A stretch of 64,000 nt of DNA from Raja brachyura. Lineage: Eukaryota. The stretch covers positions 34,472,001 through 34,536,000 of the forward strand of contig OY740806.1 of assembly GCA_963514005.1 (NCBI GenBank), written 5' to 3'. The position numbers and the translations under genes were made by a program. Below the pieces are notes generated by a model. The model had not been told where the DNA came from. It saw nothing but the letters and a program-made list of their open reading frames with translations, and did not search any database. This document shows positions 1-14,234 of this stretch, piece after piece (the stretch's first letter is position 1; every line of letters starts with the position of its first letter).

Positions 1-1584
1 CAGGCTCAATTTTATTTCAATGAGGTATCAGTTATTGTTAATCAAATTGACAGGTGGTCCTCTTTGGCACAGTTGTCCGAGAAACAAACCAGGATCAATG
101 CAACTGTTTTGATCAAGGATTCATTACCTCTGCACTTTAAGTTGTTTAAATGCACTTTCATCTGTTTAAATTGAAGTACATAAAATGTGGAGCTTTGTTT
201 GAGTTTTATCTACAGAAAGTCAAACAACACTTCTTTGTTAATACGTTTCAGAAGATCCTGAGATCCTGAAGTGCTACAGAAATATAAATTTGTCTCTAGA
301 AGATTGCTGAACTTCAGCAAACTACGTTAAAATTTCAAACCCAGAGCCATGAGCTTTTGAGCTTCTCAAAGATGCCCCATGAGGACTCATGTGAACTGTT
401 TTCTATTCTGATGCTCACCTCATCTGTCCTTTGTCTTCTTACTTCCTGCCAAAAATTAAAACACTTACTTAGCATCTAAGTTGAGCAGAATGTTGTTCCC
501 GGCCTGGGTTCAAGTGCCATTTCTAGCCTTTGAATTCTTGCATTGCAAACAGAAAATTCAGTTAAATTAATGAAAGCACCAGTCACCCTTGACCAGCTGA
601 TATTATTACACTATGTGGGTGGCTTGTAACAAGCAGCAGATGGAGGATGTGGCATAACTTTGAGTGTGTCTGTGAAAATAAAGAGAAGATTATTATCAGA
701 TCTTCTTAAATTCTGAATCAATCCAGTCCTTAATTCCAAGAATTGGCCTCCTACTCAGACAAAGGAAGAAATATGGCAACAGCAGTGAGCTGAGTATTTT
801 CCCTCTAATGACTTCCATTTCTCCCCTCTCTGCTCTTTGAAATATTCACATGCCTCAGAGGGGGGTCTCCTATTTAACCCATGTCACCATTGAAGGATAT
901 CCCTGGACTCTCTTCCCCCTCTCTTTGTAAAATATATAAGAAAAACAGAATTTGCCGCATGCAAACTTGCTGGACTGCAAGATCGAGATAAGCAAGGAAG
1001 GTCCTCTGACAGTGACCCTGACATCCCCAACTTCCTATTTATTTATTGAGAACTATGTTGGAGGGATTTTATGCTTACTGCCATATTTTGAAAATTCTTT
1101 CTGCACTTATTGAAATGAATGCTACATTTTCTGTTCAATTGTGGAAATTTAAAGTTGTACAGCAGAGGTGACCTTTCAGCCCATTGTGCTTGTGTTAGCT
1201 CTTGGAAAGCTAATCGATGTCTCATTCTCTGCTTGCTCACTGATGTTTTCTCCCCTACAACTGTTTATCCGGTTCTTTGAAAGCTCTTAAATTTGATATT
1301 CCCCTTTCAAGAAAAATATTTCAGATAACAACAATTCATTTAAAAATATCCTGCTTCCCATCTTTTTTTTTTGCTGAACTACACTTCCCTGAGTGGAGAT
1401 ATTTTTTCACTTTTTAACTAAACAAACTTGCCTAACTCTGGTCATAATGACAAAAACAAATGAAGACACATCACAGTAGCATCAATTGACAACACCAACT
1501 GTTGTTGATATAAAATATTTTTTTAGTGTAATCAAAAATTCTAATGCGCTTAGAATTGTGCTTCTATTTAAGAAGGGCTACAAA

Positions 1585-2895
1585 AAACCTAACTTAACAT
1601 CTGTGGTAGGAGAGTTACTGAAGAGGACTCTGAGGGATAAGGTTTCACAGACATATGGAAAGGCAGGGGTTGATTAAGGATAGTCAGCTTGGTTGTGTGT
1701 GTGGGAGGTAATGACTCAGGAATTTGATCGAGTTTTATGAACAAGTAACCAAGAAGGTTGTTAAGGGCAGGGTCGCAGGCATGGTCTATATGCATTTGAG
1801 CAAGACATTTGCTTCTTATGGAAGGCTTTTCCCGAAGGTTAGATTACATGGGATCCAAGGAGAGCGAGCCAACTGGATACAGAATTGGCTTCATGGTAAT
1901 AGTAAAGAGCGATGGTGGAAAGTTGTTTATCAGACTGAAGGTCTATGACTAGTGGTGTGCCTCAGGGATCAGTGTTGGGCCTATTGCTGTTTGTCGTCTA
2001 TATCAATGATTTGGATGAGTAAGTTTGCAGATAACACTAAAGTAGGTGGTATCGTAGACACTGAAGATGGTATCAAGAATTATAGTGTGATCTTGATCAG
2101 CATAGCAAGTGGCCAATGGAGTTTAATTCAGATAGATGCAAGGTATTGCATTTTGGGAAGTCAAACCAGGGCAAGACTTTCACAGTGAATGGTAAGATCC
2201 TGGGGTGTATTGTAGAGCAGAGGGATCTAGGCATACAAGTCCATAGAAAGTGATGTCACATATTCAGTGTGGATATGGTGATGAAGATGCATTTTGGCAT
2301 ATTGGCCTTCATTAGTCAAGGAATTGATTACAGAAGTTTGGATCTTATGTTAAAGCTGTATAAGACGCTGTCGCAGTTGCACGGAAAATATTGTGTTTTG
2401 GTCACCCCGCAATATGAAAGATGCTATTAAGCTGGAATTAGTGCAGAGAACATGTACAAAGATGTTGCCCGCTCAATGTCCTGAGTTATAGAGACCGGTT
2501 GGACAGGCTAGGGCCTTATTCCTTGGATCTCATGAGGCTGTGGGATGATATAGAAATATATAAAATCATGAGAGGAATAGATACGATGAATGCACAGCCT
2601 TATTTCCCATGGAAGAGGAATCGAGCTAGAAGGCATAGGTTTGAGGAGAAAGATGTAATGGGAACGTAAGGGGCAACTTTTTCCGCACAGAGGGTGGTGG
2701 GCACATGGAACCAGCAGGAGGACATAGTTGAGGCAGGTACATTTGAAAGAATTTTGAAAAAGGACATGGATAGGAAAGGTTTAGAGAGATATGGGCAAAA
2801 TGTGGGCAGATGAACTAGCTTAGATTGGGCATCTTGGTTGGCATGGATGATTTGGGCCAAAAAGCCTATCTCTATCGCCGTGCTTTGTATGACAT
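1585..2895 (+). mobile_element. Decayed CR1 (HER1-like) LINE, ORF2 RT to 3' end
   Basis: Frameshifted CR1 ORF2 motifs: LTSVVG.LL, VYMHLSKTF, LHGIQGERANWIQNWL, (G)VPQGSVLGP, SKFADNTKVGG. Ends in the CR1-type 3' tail. Confidence 0.85.
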
Positions 2896-4089
2896 TGTGA
2901 CTTGAGGATTTCAAACAAAATTTAGCATCCACATCAATGGAGATATTGAATCATGTCATCGAAAGTTACATCAAAGAGATAGGACTCTCGTGTTAATGGA
3001 TAGAGGTAATAGATCTAGGGTTGGAAAAACAGCAGATGAGTTAGACAATAAAGGTACAAGCCATAATGGAAACTGCTAAAATTGTTAAAATGAAAGAGTT
3101 GGTGAAAAGCTTTTTCTTTTCATGGCAGAGATTTTTAGGGTGGAAAAACAATTCTAATTGCAAACACATTAAATTAAATTCAGCTTTATTTGATAAATGT
3201 TCTCCTTCGAAGTGAACCCACAATTCAATTATTATATTTGCCCATGACATTGTAACTCATTTGGACACTTGGCAATTGAAAATCCCAAACCATCAGAAAA
3301 ATTCTCTGAGGTGGGTTGAGCAACAGGGGGTAGGAGGAGAGGGTGACCTTATCAAAATGCACAAAAATTAAAAAAATATAAGACAATTCACTCTATTGCC
3401 TGAATCTTTAAAGTCCAGGAATCACAGGAAGCTCCAGATATAAGATTTTCCCTCTTTGTATGCCATCAGCTAACTTAATTCCTAATATTTCCTTTTGTTT
3501 GTTATTCTAGATTTATAAAGAAATTAATGGAGGAAAGAGTATTTTTAAGCTTTGCCAAACCATGGTCTTTGAACTTCAAAGTTTGATTTTCATTAAAGCT
3601 GATTTATGTGGGTTGTAATAAAAGAAGTGTGCGATGAAATGATACATATGAGTGTGTTTGTGTATATGTCTGTGTGGGTGGGTTTCAGCAGGGTGCCATG
3701 GCTGTTGTTTGGTGTATGATTCTAACAGCCGTTGGCAGCAGACCTGACACATATTTAGTTGGCATTTGTTTCTCTGTGAAACTATAAGTGTCAGAAAGCA
3801 ATTCGACTGTGAAAGAGGTCATAGTTGAGTGAAAAAGATGGACGCACACATGCACACACATGCATAAATGTACAAACATTTAAGGAGATATTAAGACTCT
3901 GGGCTTGATCAAAAAAGGTTGGTTTAAGCAGCAACAAAGAGATAGTGAGCAAGAAAGGTTTAGGGAGTGAATTTTAGAGTTTTAGATTAATGCAGATGAA
4001 GACATTTCTACAGATGGCAAAGTGATGAAAACTGGTGATGAGCAAAAGACCAGAATTGAACATGTACAGAAATGTCCAAGGTTTGCAAG

Positions 4090-4258
4090 ACAGATAAAAA
4101 CAGAAAATGCTGGAAATACCCAGCAGATCAGGCAGCATCCGTGGAAGGAGAAAGAACTTCAATGCGCCAGGTTGAAGTCTGTTTATCAGGCTGTATCTGA
4201 CAAGTGAATACTTCTAGTATTTCTGCGTTTCTTTCTGATTTTAAACTTCTGCAGTTTT
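4090..4258. repeat. Old Penelope-derived terminal repeat, inverted pair
   Basis: aaatgctggaaatacccagcagatcaggcagcatc followed by a degenerate reverse complement (ctagtatttctgcg...ctgcagttttt). Confidence 0.5.
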
Positions 4259-5604
4259 TTTTTATATATAAGGCTGGAAGTGGTTGAGAGATGGGAAAGA
4301 GTAAGGTTATAAAAGTTTCTGAAGGCAAGAAGGAGCACTTGCCAAATTGGCCCGGAATCTCAAACCAGATTTACCACTTGCAAAGTTTGTTTGGGAGGCA
4401 GCAAGGTTTTCTGTGCTGGCAGGACCCCATTTATCTTTGTGATGAAATCTTGCTTCACTTTAGCCCTTCAAAATACTTGAAGTCAGGCCTTAGTCAGGTC
4501 TCTATCATTACTCGCAGAACTAGATAAAGTGAGCAACTGATCAACAGCGAACTAACATGACCAGACGGTCCTGATTTCCATATCAAATAAATATGTTGCT
4601 TGAAACAAGATGAGTTCTGAACATCCAGCTATTTTGAAATTGGTACGGTTGCATGTCTGAGGTTCATGGGAAAATTAGATAATTGACTCCATTGTGAAAC
4701 CATCCTGATGATACTGAGCAAATGTGATTGTCACCAACACCATATGCAGCAAGCTAGCAATTAGCACTGGGAATGTCATCTAGTTTTCCCCATGGCCACG
4801 AGTAGCACAACCGACATTAGCCAGGGTCGGAGTGTTGGAGGGTCAGGGTGAGGTTGGGAGATGGTAGAGCATTTGGTGTCTAGTGGTTGAACAACAAGGA
4901 AGAGAATAGTACATATTGAACTTCGAACTCTGGTCTAACTCCAGTTGACAATTCACCTGTGAGCCATTGGCAGATGACAGAACAAAAATGATATTTAAAT
5001 TGAAGTGTCTCTTACACAAGTGGGAACACTCAATACCATCACTGGGTTTGGAACTGAATGTGTTCCACTGTTCAATATTGTCACTTCTCAGAGTGATCAC
5101 GAGAAAAAAACAATAGACATTGGCTTTTCAATAGAAGCAGACAATAAATGATGAGTAGGCTCGGTGTCTTGTCAAATACAAGGGAAAGGTTGGGTCTATT
5201 ATTCATTTAACATATCAATTTGTTTAAGGTGTGTATAAACCAAATTAGCAGATCAATCACACATTAAAGATTTTAATTATATTTTGTTCTTAATTTGTAT
5301 TTGTTTTCAAAAACTGTCATTTTATTCCAACCAGTTTTCACCTTTCCATTCCAAAGTTGCTGACACGTGAGCTATTATTTCATGGATACTTGATGATTGG
5401 CATGCTAACATTGTAAAAGCAATTGTTTTCAATGTAATAGGTCATGGGTAGCTGGGATCCAAGCACTGATCCTTGCTCACCATCACAGACTGCCAACCCG
5501 AGAAGGTCTTTTACTTCTCTATTTTTTGTTTTTTGTCCAATAATCAATTCTCTATCTGTGTCAGTACATATCCCCCATTTCCATGTGCTATAATATTGAT
5601 AATT

Positions 5605-5700
5605 GTGGATGATCAGCCATGATCACATTGAATGGTGGTGCTGGCTCGAAGGGCTGAATGGCCTACTCCCGCACCTATTGTTTATTGTCTATTGTCTATA
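5605..5700 (+). mobile_element. CR1 3' tail fragment
   Basis: gatgatcagccatgatcacattgaatggtggtgctggctcgaagggctgaatggcctactcc plus (ctattgt)n tail; near-identical to copies at about 11690, 20200, 25720 and 33930. Confidence 0.85.
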
Positions 5701-6029
5701 GTCAACCTCCTGTTTTAGACCAGATCAAAAGCCCTCTAAAATGCAAATACACCAGATCAACTGGTTCTCCCTTATCTAACCTACTGTTGTTATTCATCAC
5801 ACACTCTCAAGTCACACTAGGCTTTAGTGTTGCAATGTGTACAGAAATGGTCATTAGTCCAACTTGATCTTGAAAGTAACTACCACACAGGTGAAAGAGC
5901 TACAGGGCTGCAGTAGCATCAGTGGGTTTTGATTTTCAAGATTCTCATTTCCTGCTTCCTCCATTCTAGCTTCTTCATATGAACTAACACCACTTTTTAT
6001 GCAAGTATGCCAAACAGGATAATCCAATG

Positions 6030-6780
6030 GTCGTTGATGCCAGTGGTGTGTGTGACTGTTGAAACTCTTCAGGGATGTTCAAAGAGAGTCTTTGGTTCTC
6101 TTTTTCCATAGACCACATGATCATTTGACCTCACTCAGGTCTCCATAAAGTAGCTGTTTCGGTATTCTATCATTAGACAATCTTCTGACATGCAGCCCAT
6201 CTGATCTGTCATTCTTTCAACAATATGTAGAAGCTAGGGAGGGAGGTTTATCTGGGACAGAATCTGTGTCCAGTCACTTGATGAGAAGTATTTTCTACTT
6301 CTTCTTCTTGCTTATGGCGTGCACAGCTTAAAGTTGAAGGACTACTTGTTCTATTTGATCTTATTTGATTGTGCACACAGGGAACAGTCGAAACAGGCAA
6401 TCTCCCACCCCTATTTTCTACTGACAGGTCATGTGGAAGTTGTTACGCTGTTGTCCGAAGCACATTGTCCAGGTCTCACAAGCATAGAGTAAGGTGGGTG
6501 TGATAAGAACATGATACACTTTCAGCTTGGTCGAGACTGAATCCTCTTTGTTCCTTCACTTTACTGCTCAGTCTTTCAAAAGCAGTTCTGGCTTTTGTTA
6601 TCCAGTTGATGACTTTGTCATCATTGTTGAGTGAGAGTACGCTGCCAAGGTACATGAACTTGTCCACTACTGAAAGCCTCTGTCCATTCACAAGGATATT
6701 TGGTTCTGTATGTAGATTTTTTTTGCAGGCTGGTGCATAATTTCTTCTTTCTTTGTCTTCACATAAGTGAAGTAATATTC
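6030..6780 (-). mobile_element. Decayed RTE-clade (BovB-like) LINE, interrupted by a short repeat at about 6300-6410
   Basis: ORF 6476..6691(-) GQRLSVVDKFMYLGSVLS..DDKV..WITKARTAFERL matches the RTE post-RT motif (F.YLGS...RI.KA..AFGRL). Homologous to 33030-34640. Confidence 0.75.
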
Positions 6781-7994
6781 AGTTCTGTTGAGTTTATCGT
6801 TTAGTTTAGTTTATTGTCACGTGTACCAAGGTACAGTAAAAAGCTTTAGTTGCATGGTTCCAATGTGGTTCCCCCGAAGAGCGTGGAATAGTAGATCTGA
6901 TCTTTTCAGCAAGACAGCTCCAAGAGAAATGCTTTTTTTATTGCCTTCTTTTACAAACTGTTGGATGTAGAATGTTGGATGTTGGTTGTTAAAATTTAAT
7001 AACCGTCAAGCTCACCAACTCCAACACTATTTTTTAAACTAATATTTAATTCCTTCCATTCCTCATTCTCACTTGATCTCAGATTCTCTCATACATTTGG
7101 CAGTCTGTATGTGTCTTTTCCATGATGCTAGATGCAAAGTAATGGTTTAATTTGTCTGCCATTTCTTTCATCCCCATTATATATTACCTGTCTTTAATTG
7201 TAAGGGCTCCACATTTACCCTCACGTCCATTCCTTTTTATGTAAGTTCTCACAGTTCAAAAAAAAAAAAATTCTTACTAGTTTACCCTCATATTCTTTTA
7301 ACTTTTCTTTTTAACTTTTTTGACCCTCTTTTACTGAAATGTAAAATCTGTCAATCGTAGCTGGACACCATACCGCTTCCACCCAATGGAATTAACTTAA
7401 CTGCTTCCCTTTCTCAGCTCAGTGGTAATTTAGGGATAGTATATAAAAGGCAGGATTGCCAGTAGCATTTGAACCCCTGTGAAAAACTCAAAAAGAAACA
7501 TCTCTTTCATGAAGTATGGGGATTCCCCATCGTTAGCTGCCCTTGAGAAGCTGATGGTAAGCTTTCTTGAACTGCTGGCAGTACACGTGGTAAAATAGCG
7601 CTGTTAGATAAAAACTGCTAGCATCCTGACCAAGCAAGGATGAATGAACAGCTGATAACTGTTCAAATGGCAGTTCAAGTGTCTTACATAATATGTCAAC
7701 ATCAAACATGTGCAGGGCATTGCTGCACGGTACAATGTCAAGCAAGTGATCTCTGCTCCATTTAAACAACCTGTCTCTGCACTGAGGAGCATTTTGAACA
7801 GTGGCTGCCTCTTTGACATTACGGAACTGAATTAAGGCAGTATTGTATTGTGGCCCTATTTGCTAAAAACTGGGTCTAAATTGCTCCAACGGTTGCCAAT
7901 CACATTCCCAGAGGATTCATCAATAACGATCTTCCCCTAACTAACACATTTGTACCATTGGTTAGTTATTCAACGCAAAGCTCATGGCTCCATG

Positions 7995-8380
7995 GCTCTC
8001 CTCCAACATCACCTCATATTTTGCTTGGGCAGCTTACAACCCAGTGGTATGGATATTGGTTTCTCTAACTTCAAGTCTCCCTTGTATCTCCCCACTCTCC
8101 ATCCCTCCCCCACCCGCTCAATCATCTTGTTGAGTCTCATTGTCTACTAGTTTCTTTTCACCTAGGCCACAGCTAACAATGGCCTGTTTCCTTTATCATC
8201 ATTACTTTCTTGCATCTCTTTCATTCATTTGTTCTATATATCTCTATTTCACCGCTTATATCTCTTATTTCCCTTTCCCCTGACTCTCAGTCTGAAGAAG
8301 GGTCTCAACCCGAAATGTCACCCATTCCTTTTCTTGAGAGATGTTGTTTGACCCGCTGAATTACAGCGACTTTTTGTACC
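7995..8380 (+). mobile_element. Penelope-like element 3' end (GIY-YIG C-terminus plus terminal repeat)
   Basis: QHHLIFCLGSLQPSGMDIGFSNFK, homologous to 38657-39183, followed by ctgaagaagggtctcaacccgaaatgtc. Confidence 0.8.
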
Positions 8381-9339
8381 TAATCATTTGGTAATCAGCT
8401 TTCTTTTCTTTTCATCAATTACTCACAAATTCAAGTAATCCACGAAGCTAGTAAAACAGCTGACCATATTTTGTTTAATTTCTACAATGAGATTTCGCCT
8501 GTTTAATTCTTGCTTTCACCAATGCCCAAAGATTAATTTTTAATTCCAAGGGATCTGGAAAGTTGTTAACTTTGCTCCAAAATACATTGCATCAGATTCT
8601 TACTTTCAGCAACTAGAAACTAGGTTTTGTTTAATCCTGGCTGTACCTGAATGAAGGTCCAAAAGGTGATAAACGAGGATGTTCCTACTTTCTCCATTGA
8701 GATAAAAATATACCCGACTTAATCTGGTGAGTGCACTTTAGCATTCTTTAATGTAAAACTCTCTTGTTTATCTTTTATTTAAAGAGGATTTAAGAGTTCA
8801 TCCTAAAACCTGCTTTCTTTTAAATAATGAAACCTAGATTCCTTTGGTCTCTTAAGTAGACTGTGCAGTGTAGACAGGTATTTTTAATCTTGGTTGATCC
8901 ACAGGGAACTGCATTGAATACTGTGGACAGTTATAGACTCTGTGTGTTATATAAAATTCTGTCTATTGGGTCACACCTAAAATTAATCCAAGCAGTTCTG
9001 GAAGTTTTCCAGAACCCTGCAGGATTTGATTCCCATTAACACTCGGTTTAACTTAGCTGTTAAATGATTACCATGATGTTTTAATGAAGAAAACACCTTT
9101 CCGTGCTGAAAGTTTTTCAGCGTGGTGAGCAATTTTTGCTTTTGTTTAACCTTACAGTGTTGCCACTGCTGGCAACTAGATTGTCCTCTTTTTTTTCTGG
9201 TGGTTCAGATTTCTCTCACACTTCAATTGAGGCTGCCGATCTCTTCCCTCCTTTCCCAAAGATTGTCAAAGGAAAAGAGAGAACTTCTGTCTCCTTATCC
9301 TTGTTTGCCACCGCAGGCCATTATAGTGAATAAAATACG

Positions 9340-9450
9340 CAATGTAGTCACTGCCGTAGGGTCAAGAACGTGACAGCCAATTTCCACACAGCAGGATCCC
9401 ACAAAGTGATCAGTAAGATTCGTTTTTCATAGAGATATTAGTTGAGGAAA
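9340..9450 (-). mobile_element. Ancient Deu-domain SINE remnant (SacSINE1/AmnSINE-like)
   Basis: aatgtagtcactg...cagccaatttccacacagcaggatcccacaaa is the reverse complement of the core of the 61340-61690 copy. Confidence 0.5.
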
Positions 9451-9464
9451 TGGGGAATGAATTG

Positions 9465-9900
9465 GATTAGATTGCCAAAGTTGCCAAAGAGAGTAAGGCT
9501 ATCAAATTATACAGCAGAATGTAGATTAACGACAGAAATGGGTAGAAAAATAGCAGATGGACCTTAATCCAAGCAAGTGTCAGGTGTTGTATTTTGAGAG
9601 GTCGAATGAAAGGGGAAGGTAACTGGTTGATGGCAAGATGCTTAACAACAATGAGGAATCTTGGAGTTCATGTCCGTAGCTCCCTGAAAGTGGCAACACT
9701 AGTAGATAGAGAGGTAAAGAAGGCGAATGGCATGCTTGGTCGGGGCATGGAAAATAAGAATAAAGAAATCATGATGCGGCTCTGTAAGGATGGAGGGATA
9801 TAGATTTTATGCAGGCAGATTCAATTAGTTTATCTTGGCATCATGTTGGGCACAGAAGGGCCTGTTCCAGTCCTGTTCTTTTCTATGTTCCATGTTCTAG
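9465..9900 (+). mobile_element. Decayed, internally deleted CR1 LINE
   Basis: RNLGVHVRSSLKVATLVDREVKKANGML (CR1 ORF2), ending with gaagggcctgttcc...(tatgttc)n. Confidence 0.8.
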
Positions 9901-10529
9901 AAGTATGTATCCAAGCTCTAGTATTCATAGCCAACTCAATTATAGCCATAACCTTGTAAGATTTATACTTCAGTTGCAAGCGTTTTATGAGCAATCCTAA
10001 TTTCTGTAATATTGGTAACCAAGCCAGTGTATTGGCTTTCTGCCCTGGTTTGAATGGAAAATACTCAGTTCGGTGTGGAACTCGGCCACTGCAACTTCAT
10101 GAACCAAGATTTGATTACTGGCCTCTGCTTAGTTAAATGATCTTGGCTGAATTTCACAATTTGTTGGCCAAAGTTCTTATGGCTTACTTATTATTGACTC
10201 CTCTGAAAATACACATTTGTAGACCTCATAAAGGGACAGGGTTAGGCTTGGCTGTAATGTTTCTTCCACACACTTGAATAGCCAATTAATCTGGCAACAT
10301 TTGATTTTTGTCTTCAATAGTTTAATTTGGCTTCATGGCTGCCTCACCCCTACCCGATCTCTGTAGCATCTTTCAGCCATGAGATTGCTGTACTCTCCGA
10401 CCTCCGGCACCTTCTCATCCCTATTATTAATTGCTCCACCATTACAACCCATGTCTCCCCACACCTCTGGACCTAAGCTCTCTAACTCACCGTCCGACAC
10501 CTTTCTGAATCTCTCTCACCTTCCCTCTT

Positions 10530-11150
10530 GACGATATTTAAAAGGCCTTTGGGCAGGTACATGGATATGGAAGCCCAAGAGGAATACAGGCCTAATGTGG
10601 GCAAATGGGATAGGCATCACGGTGAGAAAAATAGGTTAAAACAGCCTGTTTCTGTGCCAACGACGTGTGTTTGGCCCATATCCCTCTCAACTTTTCCAAT
10701 CTACGTACCTGTATTAATATCTTTTAAATGTTGTTTCAATTTTTTACAAGCTCCATCATATCGTTCTATCGTATCATATCGAGAGTACCTGCCTCAACTA
10801 CCCCCTCAGTCTGAAGAAGGGTCTCTCCCATTCCTTCTCTCCAGAGATGCTGCCTGACCCGCTGAATTACTCCAGAATTTTGGGTCTACCTCCTCTGACA
10901 GCTCGTTCCATATACCTACCACCCTTGTGTGGAAAAGGTTGCCCTGCAGGTTCCTATTAAAATCTTTCCCCTCTCATCTCTGGTTCTTGACTTTCCTACC
11001 CTGGGTAAAAGACTCATTTATCAGATGCATTTACTGTATCTATTTGCCTCGTGATCTTACCCACCTCTATAAGATCACCCCTCATCCTCCTGTGTTCCAA
11101 GGAATAAAGTCCTAGCCTGTTCAACGCCGACTTATAGCTCAGGCCCTCGA
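10530..11150. mobile_element. Two CR1 3' fragments tail-to-tail (+ about 10530-10660, - about 10665-11150), with a Penelope terminal repeat inserted at about 10803-10890
   Basis: The + piece reads FKRPLGRYMD. The - piece is the reverse complement of 2500-2800-type sequence. The insert ctgaagaagggtctc...ccagaattttgggt is bounded by ctacc on both sides. Confidence 0.75.
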
Positions 11151-11614
11151 GTTCTGAAGGTCCCGAAAGTAGTGATTGAAACTTTTTCTTCCACTTTTTA
11201 GGGAATTACAGTGTGGATTACAACAACTTGTTGCACTAATCAAATCTCCTCATTATCTCTCAATTTATTTTGGTAATTAGTAAGGATTCCATTCTGGAGC
11301 AGAAATTCATATTAATTGAAATTACCCAGAGTTACAGTAAAAAAGTAGGTACTTTGTAGTTTTTTTAATATACTTTCCAGATTATTGAAACTTCAATTAT
11401 TTTTTATGGTGTCACTTCATGTCTATTGGAAGCTGATTGGAAAGGTATTGACCTGAATGACATGTCCTAGACTCCATCTTGTCTCCTTATCATAATCTGT
11501 AACATTCCATATGTGGACCTAGCAACTAAATCTCCCAAATCCATGTTTAGCTTTAAAGTATTTTGGGAAAACATGGAATAAAGGTCAAGGCTTACAGTTG
11601 CAAAAGAATAAAAA

Positions 11615-11780
11615 AGGGTGTTAGATGTGGCACTTGTGGCTAAAGGGATCAGGGGGTATGGAGAGAAGGCAGGTACGGGATACTGAGTTGGATGATCAGC
11701 CATGATCACATTGAATGGCGGTGCAGGCTCGAAGGGCCGAATGGCCTACTCCTGCACCTATTTTCTATGTTTCTATGTAA
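11615..11780 (+). mobile_element. Young CR1 3' end
   Basis: gggtatggagagaaggcagg...gaagggccgaatggcctactcctgcacctattttctatgtttctatg. Confidence 0.85.
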
Positions 11781-11915
11781 TAGCAAATATGTGATAAAAT
11801 CATGGTTTATGGGCTTGGGCTCCTCAACTTTGGGTTTTAAAACCATTCAAATAATCACATTCTCTTATCTGGAGGTCTTGGGTAAGAACGAACAGAGAAC
11901 CTTGAGATTGAAACA

Positions 11916-12435
11916 TGATACTTAAATTTTGGAAAAATACAGCTATACTAAACTATTAAAATGTGGATTAGTAATATGACGGATATAGCTCACCTTGAAG
12001 AAATGAGACTCCGCCTAATAGATAAATATGACCAATTCTTAAGGAGTTGTTCCCCTTTCATCGACTTTTTGGAATCATATGATGCAGCAGTATCGTAAAG
12101 ATTACTGATTTCAGGTCGGGTCGTGGGTAGAATTACATCTCCGAACAAAGATGTGAAATTTGTCTTTTTTAAGGGTCTTTGTCTCCTATTTCTACGTTCC
12201 ACTTTTTCTTTTCCTATATACACACTTCACGTTTTTCTATTTTCTACTATCTATTTTTCCTCTTTTTCTTCTCTGTATTTCTTGTCTTTTTTTAATTCCC
12301 TTTTCAAAAACATAAAACTAGAGGGTTGTACATAGAATGTATTACGTTATGACATAGTTGGCACCTAAAATTAGGTGCCACTGTATTGTTTTGTACTGTA
12401 TTAACTTCTAATAAAATAAACAAACAAATCAAAAA
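11916..12435 (+). mobile_element. 5'-truncated L1-clade LINE 3' end with target-site duplication
   Basis: Translates as ILKFWKN..(frameshift)IKMWISNMTDIAHLEEMRLRLIDKYDQFLRSCSPFIDFL, an L1 ORF2 C-terminal pattern. Followed by a T-rich 3'UTR, AATAAA and an A-rich tail. Flanked by gagattgaaaca (11904-11915) and gagatagaaaca (12436-12447). Confidence 0.75.
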
Positions 12436-13974
12436 GAGATAGAAACAGCAAAGAAAAAGCAAAACTGTACTTTCGATTTCCAAAGGAATAACACCAGGAA
12501 GCACTGCTGCACGCTGAAAGATGCTGTCATTTTTCTAAAGATATAATTTCAAAATTGCAATGAAGAGAATTCTATGGGACATGGTTACAGAAATTAAAGT
12601 AGCCAGATTAAGCTCAACTACTATGCCTTTGTGATTTAATTGAATAGAGGAAAAGGTTAAAGGGGCTGAATTTTTTTTGCATTTACAAATATTTCATGAA
12701 AAAAAAATGGATTTGTAAATGTATCAGTCTGGTCTTTGATTCAAGTTCAATATAGTTGTAAACCTGATTGTATGTGGTTCAACACACAATAGACTCAAGA
12801 ACACGATTCATCAACGAGTGGACCTTAAATGATCGCTTCCACTAATGTGCCTTGGTTACTCAGAAACAATTTCTAGTTCATTGTGCTGTATTTAAATAGG
12901 AAAGTATCCAATAAGCTAACCTCGAGGGCTGGCAAAAAATTCCAAACAGCAGTACCGTAACATCAATAATCAGACTCAGAAAGGCTTTGATCATAATCTG
13001 TTGTCTCTGATCCTCAGCCCCTACGCTTGCGATGACAAGATTGTGCTGCCACCTACAAGGGTAGCACACTGAAATAAACTTATTTCATCTGCAAAGGTTT
13101 ATTGATGTTTGTGGTCAAGAATAGTTACAAGCTCACAGCAAGACAGCAGTCTGGGCAAAGAGTGATTTCACTACTAATATTACAAGCAACCCTGTGCAGC
13201 TATGATTAAATCCAGTTGCACCCGAGAAAATATTTGCCAAATTCACTTTGGCAGGCACTTCATGTTATTATCTTTCCTGCGTTACAAAAGTAACTATACT
13301 TCAAAATTGCTTTATTGGCTAAAACGTAGGCTGAGATGTCCCCAAGGTCATAAAAAGCTTTATAAAAAAGGAAATTATTTCTTTAGAATTCAGAATAGCA
13401 CAGTAAGGAAATGGGCATTCCAATCAATTGTGCCAACACCTGTAAACAAAAGCAAAGTTTAAAAAAAACTACAGATGCTAGAACTCTAAAATGAAATAGA
13501 AACTGTGGGATAAATATCAATAGGGCCTGGCAGCATCTGTGGAGAAATCTTCATTCAAGTTCTTCCTTAACCCATCTCTCCATCGATCCACGTGATATTC
13601 TCCTTTGTTTTGCAGATGATTATCAATCGGCATTATGCATACTCTTGGCCCATATGTAGAATTTCTTTTCAGCCTCTCATGTAGCCATCCAAAGTACTTA
13701 CAACAAAGGTTGTAAGTATCATTCTACCTATCCTGCACTCCACTCATTTACGTCCATCCGATGGCCATCGAACATTTCCAATCTTGCTTTGCACAGCTCA
13801 CAACTTTTAATTGCATGTGAATAAGCATTCAAATCAGTTAGTTACATTGTCACCTGTTTAATCAACCGAGCCTAATTTGTCTCCTACAAGTTGGTGGTCA
13901 GGTAAACATAAAGATCACAAAGTATGCTGCTCAGTATAAACATTATTTTAATTGTTTACCATAACAACCTTCCA

Positions 13975-14195
13975 TGAACCTCTTTTGTTGCCTCCCTTTG
14001 ATCTGGTATTTTGTTGGTTCACATGCTTGATCAATGGTGTTTTATCATTAATGTCTTATTATTATTAATGTTTAGTGTTTTCTGAGTCATTCGTAACTGT
14101 CACTGTATGTCATGTTTGCTTGTGGGCGGAGCACCAAGGCAAATTCCTTGTATGTGACTACTTGGCCAATATACTTACTTACTTACCTTACTTAC
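13975..14195 (+). mobile_element. LINE 3'UTR (Rex1/Babar-like) with (CTTA)n tail
   Basis: gggcggagcaccaaggcaaattccttgtatgtga..acttggccaat is shared with 24565-24670 and with the reverse complement at 53870-53915, which lies next to the Rex1 ORF end. Confidence 0.65.
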
Positions 14196-14234
14196 TTGTT
14201 CTGCTTTATAAAATATCATATCATAAAATGTTTA

